A DNA stretch of 63,245 nucleotides, counting the filler, from Folioceros fuciformis (lineage: Eukaryota): assembly GCA_049999805.1 (NCBI GenBank). It is 10 parts of 10 records of this genome, joined end to end, with 100 filler letters (N's around TTAATTAATTAA, not from the genome) between each part and the next. Parts side by side here need not be neighbours in the genome. Positions count along the whole stretch, not along the records: positions 5,842 to 15,348 come from JBNGIO010001007.1; positions 15,449 to 22,770 come from JBNGIO010001008.1; positions 22,871 to 26,535 come from JBNGIO010001009.1; 7 more parts are not named here. One strand, given 5' to 3'. A program made the translations under genes and the position numbers. A model generated the notes under the pieces. It searched no databases. It was not told where the DNA came from and saw nothing but the letters and a program-made list of their open reading frames with translations. Positions 12,905-25,420 of the stretch are shown here, in pieces. Within the stretch, counting starts at the first letter, position 1; each line of letters starts with the position of its first letter.

Positions 12905-13700
12905 ATGATCGTGGAAAAAGTTTTTAAGATATTTATGTGTTGGGACGAAAAATAGGAGGGGAGCCTTTGGCATAGTTTATGAATGTACGAATCAAAGTAC
13001 GACACAATTATGGGCATGTAAATGCATCTCCAAAGTAGGGAAGACCCTAGGAGCCCTTGAAAGCATGAAACTTGAAATGCGCATCATGAAACATCTCCCG
13101 AACTATCCTAATATCATCTGCTTTCAAGATTGTTTTGAGAACGATGATGAAATAAGGATTGTTATGGAATTGTGTGATGGAGGAAGCATGTTTGACTATA
13201 TTAAATCTAGGAAAAGATATAGAGAAAACGATATAAGAATAATTTTTCGACAAGTGATTCAAGCTATCCAATTTTGCCATGACCATGGAATTATACACAG
13301 AGATTTAAAACTAGAGAATTTTCTTTCTTTTGGTGGTGACAACCAAGTCTTTAAACTTGTGAATTTTGGATTGTCTTCTTTTCATACTAAAGGTCAAGTG
13401 CATACTAGCATTGTGGGAACATTATCTTACATGGCCCCAGAGGTATTGAATAAAAGGTATGGCCTTGAGGCAGATGTATGGAGTGCAGGCATAATATTAT
13501 ATGCTTTATTGGGCAGATACATTCCTCGCTTTGCTGAAAATCAGGTTTGTGGAAAAGTATGCTTAGAAAGGAAGCCTTGGAAAAAAATCTCATGGAATGA
13601 CAAAGCTTTACTACAACTTATTTTAAATCATCACGTATGGCATCGACCAACATTAGAACAAATCCTTAACCATGCATGGATGAGAGAGAGGCTTGGATAG
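12905..13700 (+). pseudogene. Intronless, AT-rich CDPK/CaMK-like kinase-domain pseudogene
   Basis: Gly-rich loop (IGGGAFGIVYEC) is out of frame with ORF 13065-13700, which has LEMRIMKHLPNYPNI, VMELCDGG, IIHRDLKLENF, NFG instead of DFG, VGTLSYMAPEVL and EADVWSAG. No EF-hand region follows. Confidence 0.75.
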
Positions 13701-14366
13701 GAAAAGTACGCTTAGAAAGGAAGCCTTGGAAAAAAATCTCATGGAATGGCAAAGTGTGGAGGCAAAACCCCGGGCACTGATTGCCAACGGGTTCCACCTT
13801 TAGTGGCCACACTTATCCCACTGTCGTTGAGACATTGGGTTTCGTTCCCACGAAGGAGCGATGGGGTTCCTTGCTACTGTGGATGGAGGGTCGGACTTGA
13901 TCGACTCGATGATGGATTCGAGGGCTCCCCTCTAGCTCCGATCAAGCATAGGACAGGCCTCGCTGTCCGGCGGTCAGCTGCACCTCTCTCGGTGCCCACA
14001 AACTCACTCCAGTCACTACAACGACCCTAACCTCTTAGATCTGCGACTTCCCTCACTCACTTCACTCACTCTCTCACTCCAGCACCAACACCAGCAACTA
14101 ACAATGACACCACTACCTTCTACACTTCCCTACTGACTCCTCCTACCCGGCAAGAGTCACTAGACTAACCCCAAAGGAAAGAAAGAAGGGAACACACTCC
14201 CCTCTTGGATATCTTCCCCTCACAACCTTACCAGATGCCCTGAGACATGGCCGGCCTACAGCACTTGTCCAAGCAAGGAACAAGAGTGGACAGGTTGAGA
14301 GAAAGACACATCCTTTACAATCAAGAGCTAGGGGCAAGCCCCTTCACCCTGGTCATTACACCTTGT

Positions 14367-14528
14367 GATCCTACCAGACACTATACAACCGGCAACACGC
14401 TGCCCGCGATCCTACCAAACACTGTACAGCCGGCAACACGCTGCCTGCGATCCTACCAAACACTGTACAGCCGGCAACACGCGGCTTGCGATCCTACCAG
14501 ACGTTGCACAACCGGCAACACACTGCAG
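14367..14528. repeat. Minisatellite, 41 bp x4
   Basis: GATCCTACCA(A/G)ACACTGTACAGCCGGCAACACGCTGCCTGC units start at 14367, 14408, 14449 and 14490. Confidence 0.92.
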
Positions 14529-15448
14529 GTCCTAGACCAAGCAGGGACAGACCACAAGAGCTCATGAAGAGAGGACCTCCAAGAGCTCACAAAGAGATAG
14601 ACTGACTCCCAAAGTGAATGACTCCCTCCTCCTACAGGCTCACCTGATCTTATAGGAGCCTCTCTCTCTCTCTGACTTCACCTCTCTCTAACTTGAGAAA
14701 TATTATTTTAATAGCCTAGCCGGTTGTCACAGCCACTTATTTAGACTTCTAGCACAACCTGCCACTAATGAGCTCCTGGCCCTACCACCACAAGGATCTA
14801 CCACCTCTTAGACTATCCTGAGACTTCGGAGGATGTCTGATCTTCAAAGATCTACGGACGCCGCCTTTTCCTTGCTGGATGGCCGCCCGCTAAGTCTTCC
14901 CCTGCAACTGTGCACCCTTGGTGGCTGAGCCAGCCGGCTTCCAGGGGAGGAGTATGAAAAGTGGGAAAGATAGAGAGGAGGTGGGAAGGAGTGGGATCAG
15001 CAACCGGAACCTGGCCTGAAAACGGTAGCTTATTCAGCGGAATAAGCTTCCAGCCGAAATGGTTCCTCAGCCATGGAAGACTGACCCTGGGGTGCTGGGG
15101 GAGGCCCCGAACTAGGAGGAAAAGAAAACAGGTGAAACGGAGTTGAATTGGAATTTCTGGAATTAAATCCATAAAATAGGGATGAAAATAGAAAAGGGGA
15201 AATTAGGAAAATAAAAAGAAAAGAAATACGAGGATACGTATACAGTATACGTATTAGTACGTATTAAATACATATCTATATAAAATACAAGAGGGGTATA
15301 CGTATACGGTCTCAAAAAAACACGGGGCAAGGGGAGGGAGCGGGATCGNNNNNNNNNNNNNNNNNNNNNNNNNNNNNNNNNNNNNNNNNNNNTTAATTAA
15401 TTAANNNNNNNNNNNNNNNNNNNNNNNNNNNNNNNNNNNNNNNNNNNN

Positions 15449-18400
15449 ACGCTCGGGGACGCAGAGGAGGCAGGTTCGCACTGGCGGGAGGGTCACAGCG
15501 CAGAAGGCAGCCGGAACCGCAGCCTGAGCCTGAGCCTAGAGCAGGGGGAGCAGCAACCTAGTGCGGACAGCTTGGAGATACAGGAGGACGAATTGCGAAA
15601 GAAGCGTAACCTGCAGGAGGTGACCTGTTTCTCCAACGTCTACCGCCGCCTTAAAGCTTGTCTTGCTGGAAATTGTGGTTTGCAGCGGGATGTGGAGGAA
15701 GCATATCATTCCCTGCTCAGCCTTGCAAATGGTGGCCATTACTACTCCTGTTCTTGACTTTTGGGTTGTTGGCTCTTTCTTCTTCCTTTTCCCGTATTGC
15801 TCAGCTTGCACACACCGCTTGCGGTGAGGTACAGGTCGTCGCCTCGCCCGGCTGTCTCATAATGCCATTATATGCTTCCATTCGATGCAGGGTGTGCGAG
15901 TGTCAGACGTATCGCTGCTGACCTTATTCCCCGCTACGCTAATCGTTGCCCCTCTGCTCTGGAGGCAGCATCGCAGGCCCTGCTGCAGATTTGTGACTGG
16001 AGCAGTGACCTAATGTTGGAAGGGGGCGGGGAAGCGGATGTGGTCGTGGAAGATACAGCCAGGGCGGCTTATGCGGGTCTCGTAGATTTGGTAGCCGCGG
16101 CGCCCTTGTTGGATTCCGCTGCCCTAAGTATGGAACCTCCTCGGGCGGGGGAGGAACAGGGGCAGGGGGTGACGCGCCGTATTGCACTGCGCCTGCTTCA
16201 CCAGGTGTATGGGAAAAAATTGGTTTTTTTCCGCTCCGCCGACGGTGCGGCCGCCGCGGTTGTGGATGACGCCTTTGCGGCGCAGGACTTGACGGCAGCT
16301 ACTGCGTCCCAGAGGTTTGACATGATGCTTGTCTCCTCTGTTGTAAACACTTTTCGCACCAGCCCGCAGGCTGTGCTGGCGGCTTGCTTCGACCTGCTGG
16401 CCTCTCCGATTTCGGACGACCGGAAGGAAGGCCAACACTTCTTGACTGAGATTATGGCGTTTGGAAGGATATTGACCCCAGCTCATCACGGGTGCGATGG
16501 ATCGTCGAGGGCCCCTGGAGGTGGGGATGCCATCACTACCGCTCCGGAGGACATGCGTAGAGAGATAGACGACGACGCCCAGTTGGAGATTGAGCCTGAG
16601 GATGATTCGCCTTTGAAAGTCTCGGAACCGAATTCCGATCCGTCCGAAAATCTGGTCATGCAGGTGAGGGGACGTCGGTGGAAGACAAGATTAACCTGTA
16701 GTTGGGACTTCTCTGCTGGCTCACATGCAATCACCCGTTTTCGCTATCGGATTCTAGACCTATTGATCATGGCACTCTGCAGCTGTTGGGACGTCCGTTT
16801 TGCAACGTTTTTTTTTCTTTTTCCCAGTTGTCTCTACCTTCTTGTTGGTCTTGCGGAAGTCTTCTGACGTCGGCTTTGATCTGTCTCGCAGGTGATTCAC
16901 CCTAGCCCGCCTCTTGAAAGATGGATAGTAAAGGAAGTGCGTCACTTCCGTAGGTCTGCAAGCCAAGAGGCTTTGGGGGAGGCGATGCCTCTGTTGAATG
17001 ACTTGGTGAGGTCTTTATGCTCTTTCAGGCCCACAGATTTGGACTTGAATGGGGAAGAAATGGAGGATACCCGTGCTCTTGAGGACGAAAGAACTCTCAG
17101 ATCTGATGACAGAGGTGAGCAGAGCTGGTCAAGGAAGGTAGATGAGTCTGGTGCTTGTGAGCCAGAGAATCTGCCACCTCACCGTTCTGGGGATGGGAAG
17201 GGCGCTGGTAGCAATGGAGATATTTCCGGAAGTAGAGGAAGGATCCCCTCCAAAGGGGAACTTGTGTCAAGCAGCTTTGAGACCGGAGAAGGTCAATCTG
17301 CTAATCGGAAGCATGTAAGACCTGATGACCACAATGATTACAATGGTGAAGGGGCAGCAGAGGACTTCCCACCAGGGCGGGAGAGGCTGTCTGGGAATGG
17401 AACACCTAGCGGAGAGAAGAGGGCATTTGGCTACAAGTCGTGGGAGTATGGTCGCACGGGGGATCCGAAGTATGTGGATAAGCCTCCGTCCAGTCATGCC
17501 GATAGGGCCAAGGGTCCAGCTAATGGTGGCTCCAAGAGGGATGCGGGTGGTTCATCTACTGGATCCCCTCTGTCTCCACTGCAACCGTTAACCCCACAAC
17601 ATGCACCATCTCCTCCGCACCAAGTTGTGTGGTATCAGGATGGTGATCCTGCTGCCATGGATGTTTATGCAGCGTCTCGGGTTCTTTCTGTTGGGCCTAT
17701 TGGTCAAGGAATAAGTGAATCTTCGCTGCAAGCAGAGTTTGAGCAGTTTGGAGTTGTGGAGAACATTAACATCCTTCGGGCTGAGGACTTTGCACTTGTT
17801 TGTCTCAAACAAGTGAAGGAGGCCGTGAAGGCACGTGAAATGCTTCACGGTAAGCTGCACTGCGGCAAGCCCTTGCAGGTTAGGTTTCTGGATGGCGGAC
17901 TCAGCGCTCAAATCAGTGGAATAACCTTGGCTAGCATTTGCCATGTGTGGATTGGTGGAGTAACAAGTCAACGTGCAAAAGACGAAATATTGAATGATCT
18001 TGAAACCGCTGGTTTGAAGGGCCCTCGAACAGTGTTTGCTCTGGTTACTGCTGGTGCCATTCTTCTGGAGTTTCAGGCCCCTGAGGATGCTGCAGCTGTA
18101 ATACAGCACGTTCGACAACGTCGCAGGGAAGGTGGTGGTCCTGCACAACCTTCTACGGCCATAGAAAAGGCTGCACCAGGGCGCCCAGCTGTTACAGGCA
18201 ATCGACATTTGTGGGTTGGACGCATAGATCCTGCTGTCAGAGAAGAGGAGTTAATAGGTGCCTTTTTACAATATGGAGATCTCACTGGGTGGAAAGTCCT
18301 ACGTGCTAGCTCCTGTTGTTTCATTGATTTCCGCTCCACTGCCGATGCCGCAGTTGCAAAGACAGAGCTTAATGGGACCAGGTTTGGCTGTCAGTGCATC

Positions 18401-20924
18401 CAGGTGGAGTTTAAGAATAACCCTGTGCGGAATCCACCAGTCCCATTTCCTAGTTCCCCTCCACATGGGTCGTCATCTCTACGGGGTAATAGTGGAAATG
18501 CCTTAGCTTCTGCATTGGCCAACTTATCGAGCAGATTCCATTTGATGGGGGGTGCTGGAAATGTCACACCAGGGAGGTTCAGGAATTTTCGAGCTGCAGG
18601 ACGAGAAGGGACCGAACGAGTTCCTACCAATACACTGTGGATTGGCTTGCCTGACAGTGTAGGACCTAGCTTTATGAATGAGACAGAATTGAAGATTCTT
18701 TTCAATCTTGCAGCCTCAGGAGTTGGCGTTGTAACAAAAGTGAGGAGTGCGCGGATTAGCAGGGGTCCTTGTCGGTTTGTGGAGTTTGACAGGGTGGAGG
18801 CTGCGACGGTGGCTCTCCAGGGTGTTTCAGGACGTCTGGACCCAAGCATACAGATAGAGTTCAGGTGCTATCTTCACCAGATTTCCTAATGTCAAATTAT
18901 GATCTTGAGTTTATTATCAATCCACGGATGTCATATTTGGTGCTAGTGCTTTGTACCCTTTAATCACAGTTCTGTCCGTGTTGTTCAGCAACTCAGCAAT
19001 ATCCATGCAACAAAGTGACAACCCTCAGTTCTATGGATATCAAAATGCAGCATATGGGCAAGGGTCTGTTGACGAGTCTCGGCGGCGTGCCTTCGACTAT
19101 CACCGTGACAGAGAAAGATCTTTGTCAAGAAGTGCCAGGGAGTGGGAGCACGAGAGGGAAGAGATGCATTCTCCTACACGAGGGAATTCAGATGAGGCAG
19201 GGACACCTGGCCGCAGGTCACTTCCTCCAGGTTGGGGAGGTGTCAGTGACAAGGAATTCTCTGCCGAAGAAGCTTATCGCAGAGAGCATAGAAGGAATCG
19301 GTTTGAGAGCTCATCTGACGTGAGGGAAGATTCCAGTCGGGGTGATCCATTTTCCAGGGGTGATTCATCTTCCTACCGCAACAGTTCAGATTTTCGGGAT
19401 GTAAGGGAGAATGACGAGAGCCCTCCTCTTGGCCATGGAAGTACTTCGACTGGCCGAAAGTCTTTCTCTGACAGGCAACCCTCTGTCCGCCCGCCCTTGC
19501 CACCTCAAGTTGGAGCACTTGCACCTCCAAATGCCAAGCACCCTCCCCGCATCCACATTGAGAAGGCTTCTTCAGGTGGAGGTTGGTCTGGTCCTTCAGG
19601 GGTGGACCATAGTTCGCAAGCTGCATCCAATACTGCAGTAAGGGCTGCGGCTGTTTCTCCTGCAGGTTTTGCCAGTAAGCATGGCCGGAACATCCCTCCA
19701 CCCTCGCAGTCCCCCGTCACACCAGCTATGTCCAAGCTGGCTGGTCCTGTCTCTCGTCCACCTTTACCTCCAGGTTCACCTCCAACAGAAATTGTAGCGC
19801 GTGCTGCTCCTCTCTCACCGCCTCCTAATTCTGCTCAGCCTCCGTCATTTGCACCTCCTCGCAGTCCTCGTTCATATCCCCCACCTGCCAGAGAGTTTGC
19901 AGCTGAGGCAACAGGAAGGAGAACTTCACCTGCTAGAGAATTTGCACCTGAGACAGCAGGAAGGAGAACTTCACCTGCCAGAGAGTTTGCACACGAGACA
20001 ACAGGGAGACGAGCGTCATTGGATATGCGAAGTCGCCGAGGTTTGCAACAATGGATAGGGCCGTTATGCAAGAGTGGGACACAATATTGTGAAGTTATTG
20101 CGTATCGGCAGGAGTCTTCTCTCTGTCATTATGAGAATGGGCTGAGGGAGCCAACCGGGTATGTTCACTTGTGTTCTTCTCTTATCATGAGACTCACAGA
20201 GGTTTTTGCTAGATATGTCATTGGTCTGTATACTGCATTTCCCTTTGTCTCCAAATTCCTGGATTCGTGTAACTGATTGTGGGAAGCTGAGAATCCTATA
20301 AGTGTCGTGCCTTTTTCAGTTTGAGTTGGTTTTTGTTGGTGGTAGGTGGCCAGATAAGTTGGATGTTACCAAGCGTGCTGACTTCAAGTCTGTGAGGAAC
20401 AGCTTCAACAACACCCCTCCTCAACAGGTGCCGAGACAGTCTTTGCGAATATCATGTCACTTTTTGGCTTGCAGTGTCTGCGCCTATGGCTGAGCACAGT
20501 CTTCATGTCCTTTCTCGTTTTTGCAGAGAGAAGTTTGCAGGATAAGTGTTTCTTCATCAGCGCACAATAGTGATGGGGTGAGCAATAGCTGTCTGGCATG
20601 CTCTATGCAATCTGCAAGGCAGCTAGCAACTTTGTTTGCTGTGTCTCCTCTCCTGAATGTAATAAGTCTTGAGCGAAGTGAATCGTGACTGAAATTTCAT
20701 CAGAGGTACGTTTGTGTTTGCAGTTCGAGCAGTTTGTATCATACCTGAAAGAACGAGAACGGGCTGGAGTGGTGAAGATCAGTGGTGGGGACAGAATATG
20801 GTCACGCATGCTCTACATTCTGCCGTGGTCAGTTGATACGTGTTCAATGCTGGGCATCTCTCCTCATCCGAGTGACTGCCTGCTCGGTCTCCTGTTACCT
20901 TCACCAGCAAACACTTTGGTGTAA
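15449..20924 (+). CDS. RRM + SPOC domain RNA-binding protein (Spen/FPA-related, plant AT1G27750-like); 5'-partial
   Basis: Predicted exons about 15449-15731, 15890-16663, 16892-18864, 18989-20158, 20346-20427, 20527-20577, 20724-20924. Conserved N-terminal block (GCASVRRIAADLIPRYA..CPSALEAA), several RRMs (LSVGPI..FEQFG, HLWVGRI..CCFIDF, TLWIGL..RFVEF) and a C-terminal SPOC domain (WIGPLCKSG, WPDKLDVTKR, FVSYLKERERAGVVKI). Confidence 0.85.
19883..20015 (+). repeat. In-frame 45-bp coding tandem repeat x3
   Basis: Encodes PAREFAAEATGRRTS / PAREFAPETAGRRTS / PAREFAHETTGRRAS inside the RRM-SPOC gene. Confidence 0.9.
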
Positions 20925-22229
20925 TGCGCTCTGAGTGACCAGCAGGTGACCCCTAGGACGGCCTCCAATTTTGAACGCAGTGTTGTGGGTAGAAGAAAGT
21001 GTAAAATACCCCCAGAACAGGGAGGCTGGGACTTGCCCACCAATCTGTGGCTGGTGGTCTTGGTCTCCTCCGAGCGGGGGACAATGCACCAGAGTAGGTA
21101 GGCAGGACTCGCCGTGATGATATTTCGACACCCATCACTGTCCTGTGCCAGATGTTATTTATGATTGCTTGCTTATATGAATCTCTAGCTTGCATTTGCG
21201 CGCTTGAGATGTATGTATTCCCCAAGATGGGGCCTTTTGAACTGGGGCATCCTACTCTTGCAGCGCTCCCCTTGCTTGCTTTCCAGTCGTATCCTATCCA
21301 CTTCTGGATGCCGGAGCACCTTGTGTTTCAGGCCAGGTCAGGTCAGACACGGTCTTATCCATGGACCGTGTAGTGTGTGGCACTTCTCCCTTTCCGACAC
21401 GACCCCTCCTTCATAGCTAGGCCCACCCGCAACATCCTGGTGCTCACCTCACTTGCTTCTCCTCCCCCGCTTTCCCCTCGTCCTGGCGTCTACCAAGCGG
21501 GGAAAGTATCTCCGATTTGCAACGGCATCCTATTGGAGGAAGGCCATGTCGTTGTCTATCACTGTTGTCCTGCAAAGGACTGTCTGTGGACGTTCATGGA
21601 ATGTACTTGTCACGGGAGACGGCATCGTTCATCCCTATCTCCAGGTCTTCAAATGATGTAGGTGCACACATTCATACTTTGGTGTCTGCAAAGCCCTTGG
21701 TAGGGAACAACTTGTATGTGTCGGGATTGTGGGTGTGGTGATTTTGAACATGGATTATTAGAAGAAGCCGAGTTATGTTAGCGTTGGCAGGCAGATATGC
21801 GATGTGTGGTAAAAGCCAGGCATTCCCGTGATTGGCGCATTTCTGCCGTGCCACCTGGAGGACCTGTGATTGGCTGGCCAGACGGGTCCGACGCGTGGGG
21901 CCGTTGTCATACGACACGCCAACACGCCAGGAACTGGGAGGCGATACCGGCGAAACTCCCCCGGCCCCGCTTTTTCGCCACCACCGCCCTCTGCTCCTAC
22001 AAAAGCAAAAGCTCGTCCGCTGTGTGGGCTCATGAGAAATGAAAGAAGATCGAACGCGAGCCTTCCCCCTCAATCTGTGCAGACACGGGCAAGCTGTGCG
22101 GAAATTGGCCTCCCCTGTAGCCACAATTGTGCGGAGCCTGACCCTGACCTTGCCCTGGCCCTGGCCTGCGCATTTTCGTGTCACTGACCCGATTCAGGAC
22201 CTCCGAAGCGCCAGGGCGTCTGTTCAGGG

Positions 22230-22752
22230 ATGGCTGTTACAGTGGCCTTGCATCACTGCGTCGCTGGAGTGTCGCTGTCCCACTCTAGATCTGCTGCTGC
22301 CGACATTCCCAGACCCCGGATCCTCTTGCCCAGAGACACGCCCAATTTGAGCTCTCCAGGACCTGCTTCCTTCTCCCCCCGCCCCAGAAGCTGGGAGAGC
22401 ACGCTTGCCACCTTGGACGGAGTCGGAGCGGTTGCCAGGCCTGAATTGTCGCTGATGCCTGCCCACCGATCGTCCCCGGCTCTGTCCCGGGCTGTGAGTG
22501 TGGAGCAGCCTGATGTTGAGACCGCCAAGCCCGCCGTGGCCGCCGGCGGTGAGGAGGCGGTGAGCAAGCCGGAGCTTTGGGGGAAGATTGTCTGCTTTGC
22601 GTGAGTCTCACCTGCTGCGCCGGCCTTTGCAGGAGGAAGGAGCTTTGCGGGATGAGGCGACGGACGCAGTGGCGGAACCCGTAACCCAGCCGAAGGAGCC
22701 CGAGCGGGACTTTGCCGGAACGGAGTATATTCCAATTTATGTCATGCTTCCT
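22230..22752 (+). CDS. BAM2: Beta-amylase, BAM2-type; first two exons only, 3'-partial
   Basis: Exon 22230-22559 encodes a Ser/Ala/Arg-rich transit-peptide-like sequence. Exon 22633-22752 ends KEPERDFAGTEYIPIYVMLP followed by GTGAGT. ERDF plus YVMLP is the start of the GH14 domain in the BAM2/BAM7 clade. Cut by a linker. Confidence 0.75.
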
Positions 22753-23989
22753 GTGAGTTCATCGTCGTTTNNNNNNNNNNNNNNNNNNNNNNNNNNNNNN
22801 NNNNNNNNNNNNNNTTAATTAATTAANNNNNNNNNNNNNNNNNNNNNNNNNNNNNNNNNNNNNNNNNNNNGGGCTGGACAGCAGCGCTGCCGCGACGTTG
22901 GATCTGCTACGCCGCGGGGCGAGGGGGATCGCATCGGGGATGGGGAAGGGGGTAGTGGGTTGGATTGCCCACCCATGGGCGGCGGAGGTAGGAAGAGTTG
23001 CCCAATAGCGGGCTGAACGGCGGCAGCAGGGAGGACTGGATTGTCCAGCCACGGACTCGAGTCTACAGCAGTGGGGAGAAGGGATGATGCTAGCTAGTCA
23101 GCCAGATGGCAGCGCGGCCTGGATAGCGAGATTGGCGGGCTGAAATCAGAGCGAGTGCCGGCTTCCAACTAGTTGCAAGAGGATGGGCAGAGGTAGAAGG
23201 AGGGCGCGTGGGATCTAGGCTATGATCAGGCTGGAAATGGAAAGCAAGGCTGATTGGGTTGGGTTGGATGCGCACCGGGCTGTGGACAGCGGCGCAAGGT
23301 TAGAAAGGATCAATGTGACAGTGAGATGGGCTGGAAATCGGGTTGAGCTTGGAATTGGGGACAGAGTTGGATCCAACACTCTTCGGCTAGCAATGGGATG
23401 GGAAAGGTGGAGAGAATGCAAAGCCCGATCCCTCGCCCTTCTACCTATAGCTTGAATCCATGGACAAACAGGAAGGGGAGATGGAGAAGGAAGGGGGAAA
23501 AGAGGAAGCAAGGACAAGAGGAGAATGGAGGAGAAGGGAAGAAGGGAGGGAGAGGAAGGGGAATGGGGATGGGAGCAGTCGCTCTCCTGCCCTAGCTAGG
23601 GCACGGCTCTCACAACTATTTAGTCAATCATGCAATCAACCAGCCAAACCTGACATATGACCCTGACATATCCCATATTCCCGCTCCTAGGTTCAAATAA
23701 TCATTTAATTATTTAATACTATATATCTTTAATTAATATTAAACCGATCCTATTGTTCGGTACTAGACCTAAACTTTTCCAGGGACCAAACCTATACCCA
23801 CTCTAATAACCAAACCAATTATTCCCTGGTCAATTAACCTAATTGGCACAAGAAAAAATAGGAAAAATAACCAGAAAATAAAGTAAAATTAGGAGAAATA
23901 AGTAAAAAAAGAAAACCAAACCATACCATTGTTATCCCTTTTTTAACCAAAACAAACCATTGCCCCAAACGTTGGAGGTTCACACCTTG

Positions 23990-25420
23990 GCTTCTCAGGC
24001 TCACTCTTCTTTCTCATGTTTGGGTACTTCCTCCTATTCAGAATCTTCAGCATCCATATCATTGTCTTCCTTCCATTCTAACATGGGAGGGATGGCTTTC
24101 TTCAGCTCCGCTCAACAACGTTTAGGCTTTAGATGGTCTCCTTGCAAGCACATCAAACTGCAAATTGGACTCCTTGGCTCCATCTCTTTCCAAATCCATT
24201 CTCTCATGATCTTTTTGAAATGCAAACTCTTGAGTCCAAGCTCCAACAAATTGACCACATAAACTTACATGGCTTTTTCCAACAATACTTCCACATCCAT
24301 CTCCAGGTTAGAAGCATCCTACACAACAAACACCATCATCAACTTGCCTCAAGCTTTTAAGCATCTTGCTCCAATTTCGTTCAAACGTGTCCTTGGTAAT
24401 AACCCCTTCTCCAAGGTCAAACACAACCTTCTTCTTTTTCTTGTGAATTGCCGCCATACCATACACCTCTTCATTCGAGTCAAAGAAGAGAATCTATGGC
24501 CCTGACCTACTGACCATGTTAGCCATTTGCTGCCGCATCTCTTCAACTTGCACAAGAAGAGCCTTGCAACTAGGACCTTTACCTTTCTTCATTTCATTGC
24601 CCATTGCCTTGTGCTTGAGCTCTGGATAAGCCTCCCAACATGCGACTTTTATGTGGCCCCATCAGCCACAAGCCTTACAAACCTCCTTGCCCTTTGGGCC
24701 TCCAGGTCTAAAGTCACACTCAAATGACTTATGTGCACCATGGCACCAGCCACATTTGATAGCCTCTTGGCCTGTGTTGTTTGCCAGTCGCTCCTTCTGC
24801 ACCGGTGACTGCTTGGTCTTATTCAATGTCTGCCCAAATCGTTCTCGCTATTAACTCTTGTGTCGGAATCTGGTTCCTCCTTGTCCACAACCATAACAAG
24901 TGTTGCTCCTAACAAGTGGTGCTCCATGTATGCTTGGCTGACAACATCCCCCTTTAGCACTTTCTCTGCAATCTTTTAGGCATCAGTCAAACCCTCTTTT
25001 CTCCATGAGTGCTATGAAGGGCATCCATCACCTTCCTTCATTGTTTGGCTGGCATTGCAACCATGAAAATCCTAGCAGCCTCCCACATAGTCTTCACATC
25101 TGTATCCCCTACCAAGATCTTCAGCCCCATCTTTGACGCCCTGAGTGTCTCATTGGGCTTGAAACTGAAATTGATCAACTCCTGAATCTCATCCACGAAC
25201 GACGCGGGAAACACGTCATTCAATCTTTCAAACATGAGATCGAACAAGTACTCCAGCTTGTCCTCCTTGGACGGAGTGAGTGGCTTGCCACATATGACTC
25301 TTCCTGCAAGACCTATTGTTCATTTCTCCGCCAACACCAGGATGTCCTTCTTCTCGTCTTTGTACTACATCAATACCTTGCCTACCAAATACTCCGACAT
25401 TCATAAGGGCCATCCTATGC
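23990..25420 (-). mobile_element. Retrotransposon gag remnant with two zinc knuckles
   Basis: Minus strand near 24620-24760 reads IKCGWCHGAHKSFEC and VCKACG*WGHIKVACWEAYPELK (CCHC-type). Heavily disrupted. Confidence 0.6.

Noticed and set aside
14367..14528. 41-bp repeats as a possible CRISPR array
   Set aside because: Units are head to tail without unique spacers, there are no cas genes, and the context is eukaryotic.
15234..15254. Inverted repeat ATACGTATAC-A-GTATACGTAT
   Set aside because: Lies in low-complexity TATACG-rich sequence at a segment end; no evidence of function.
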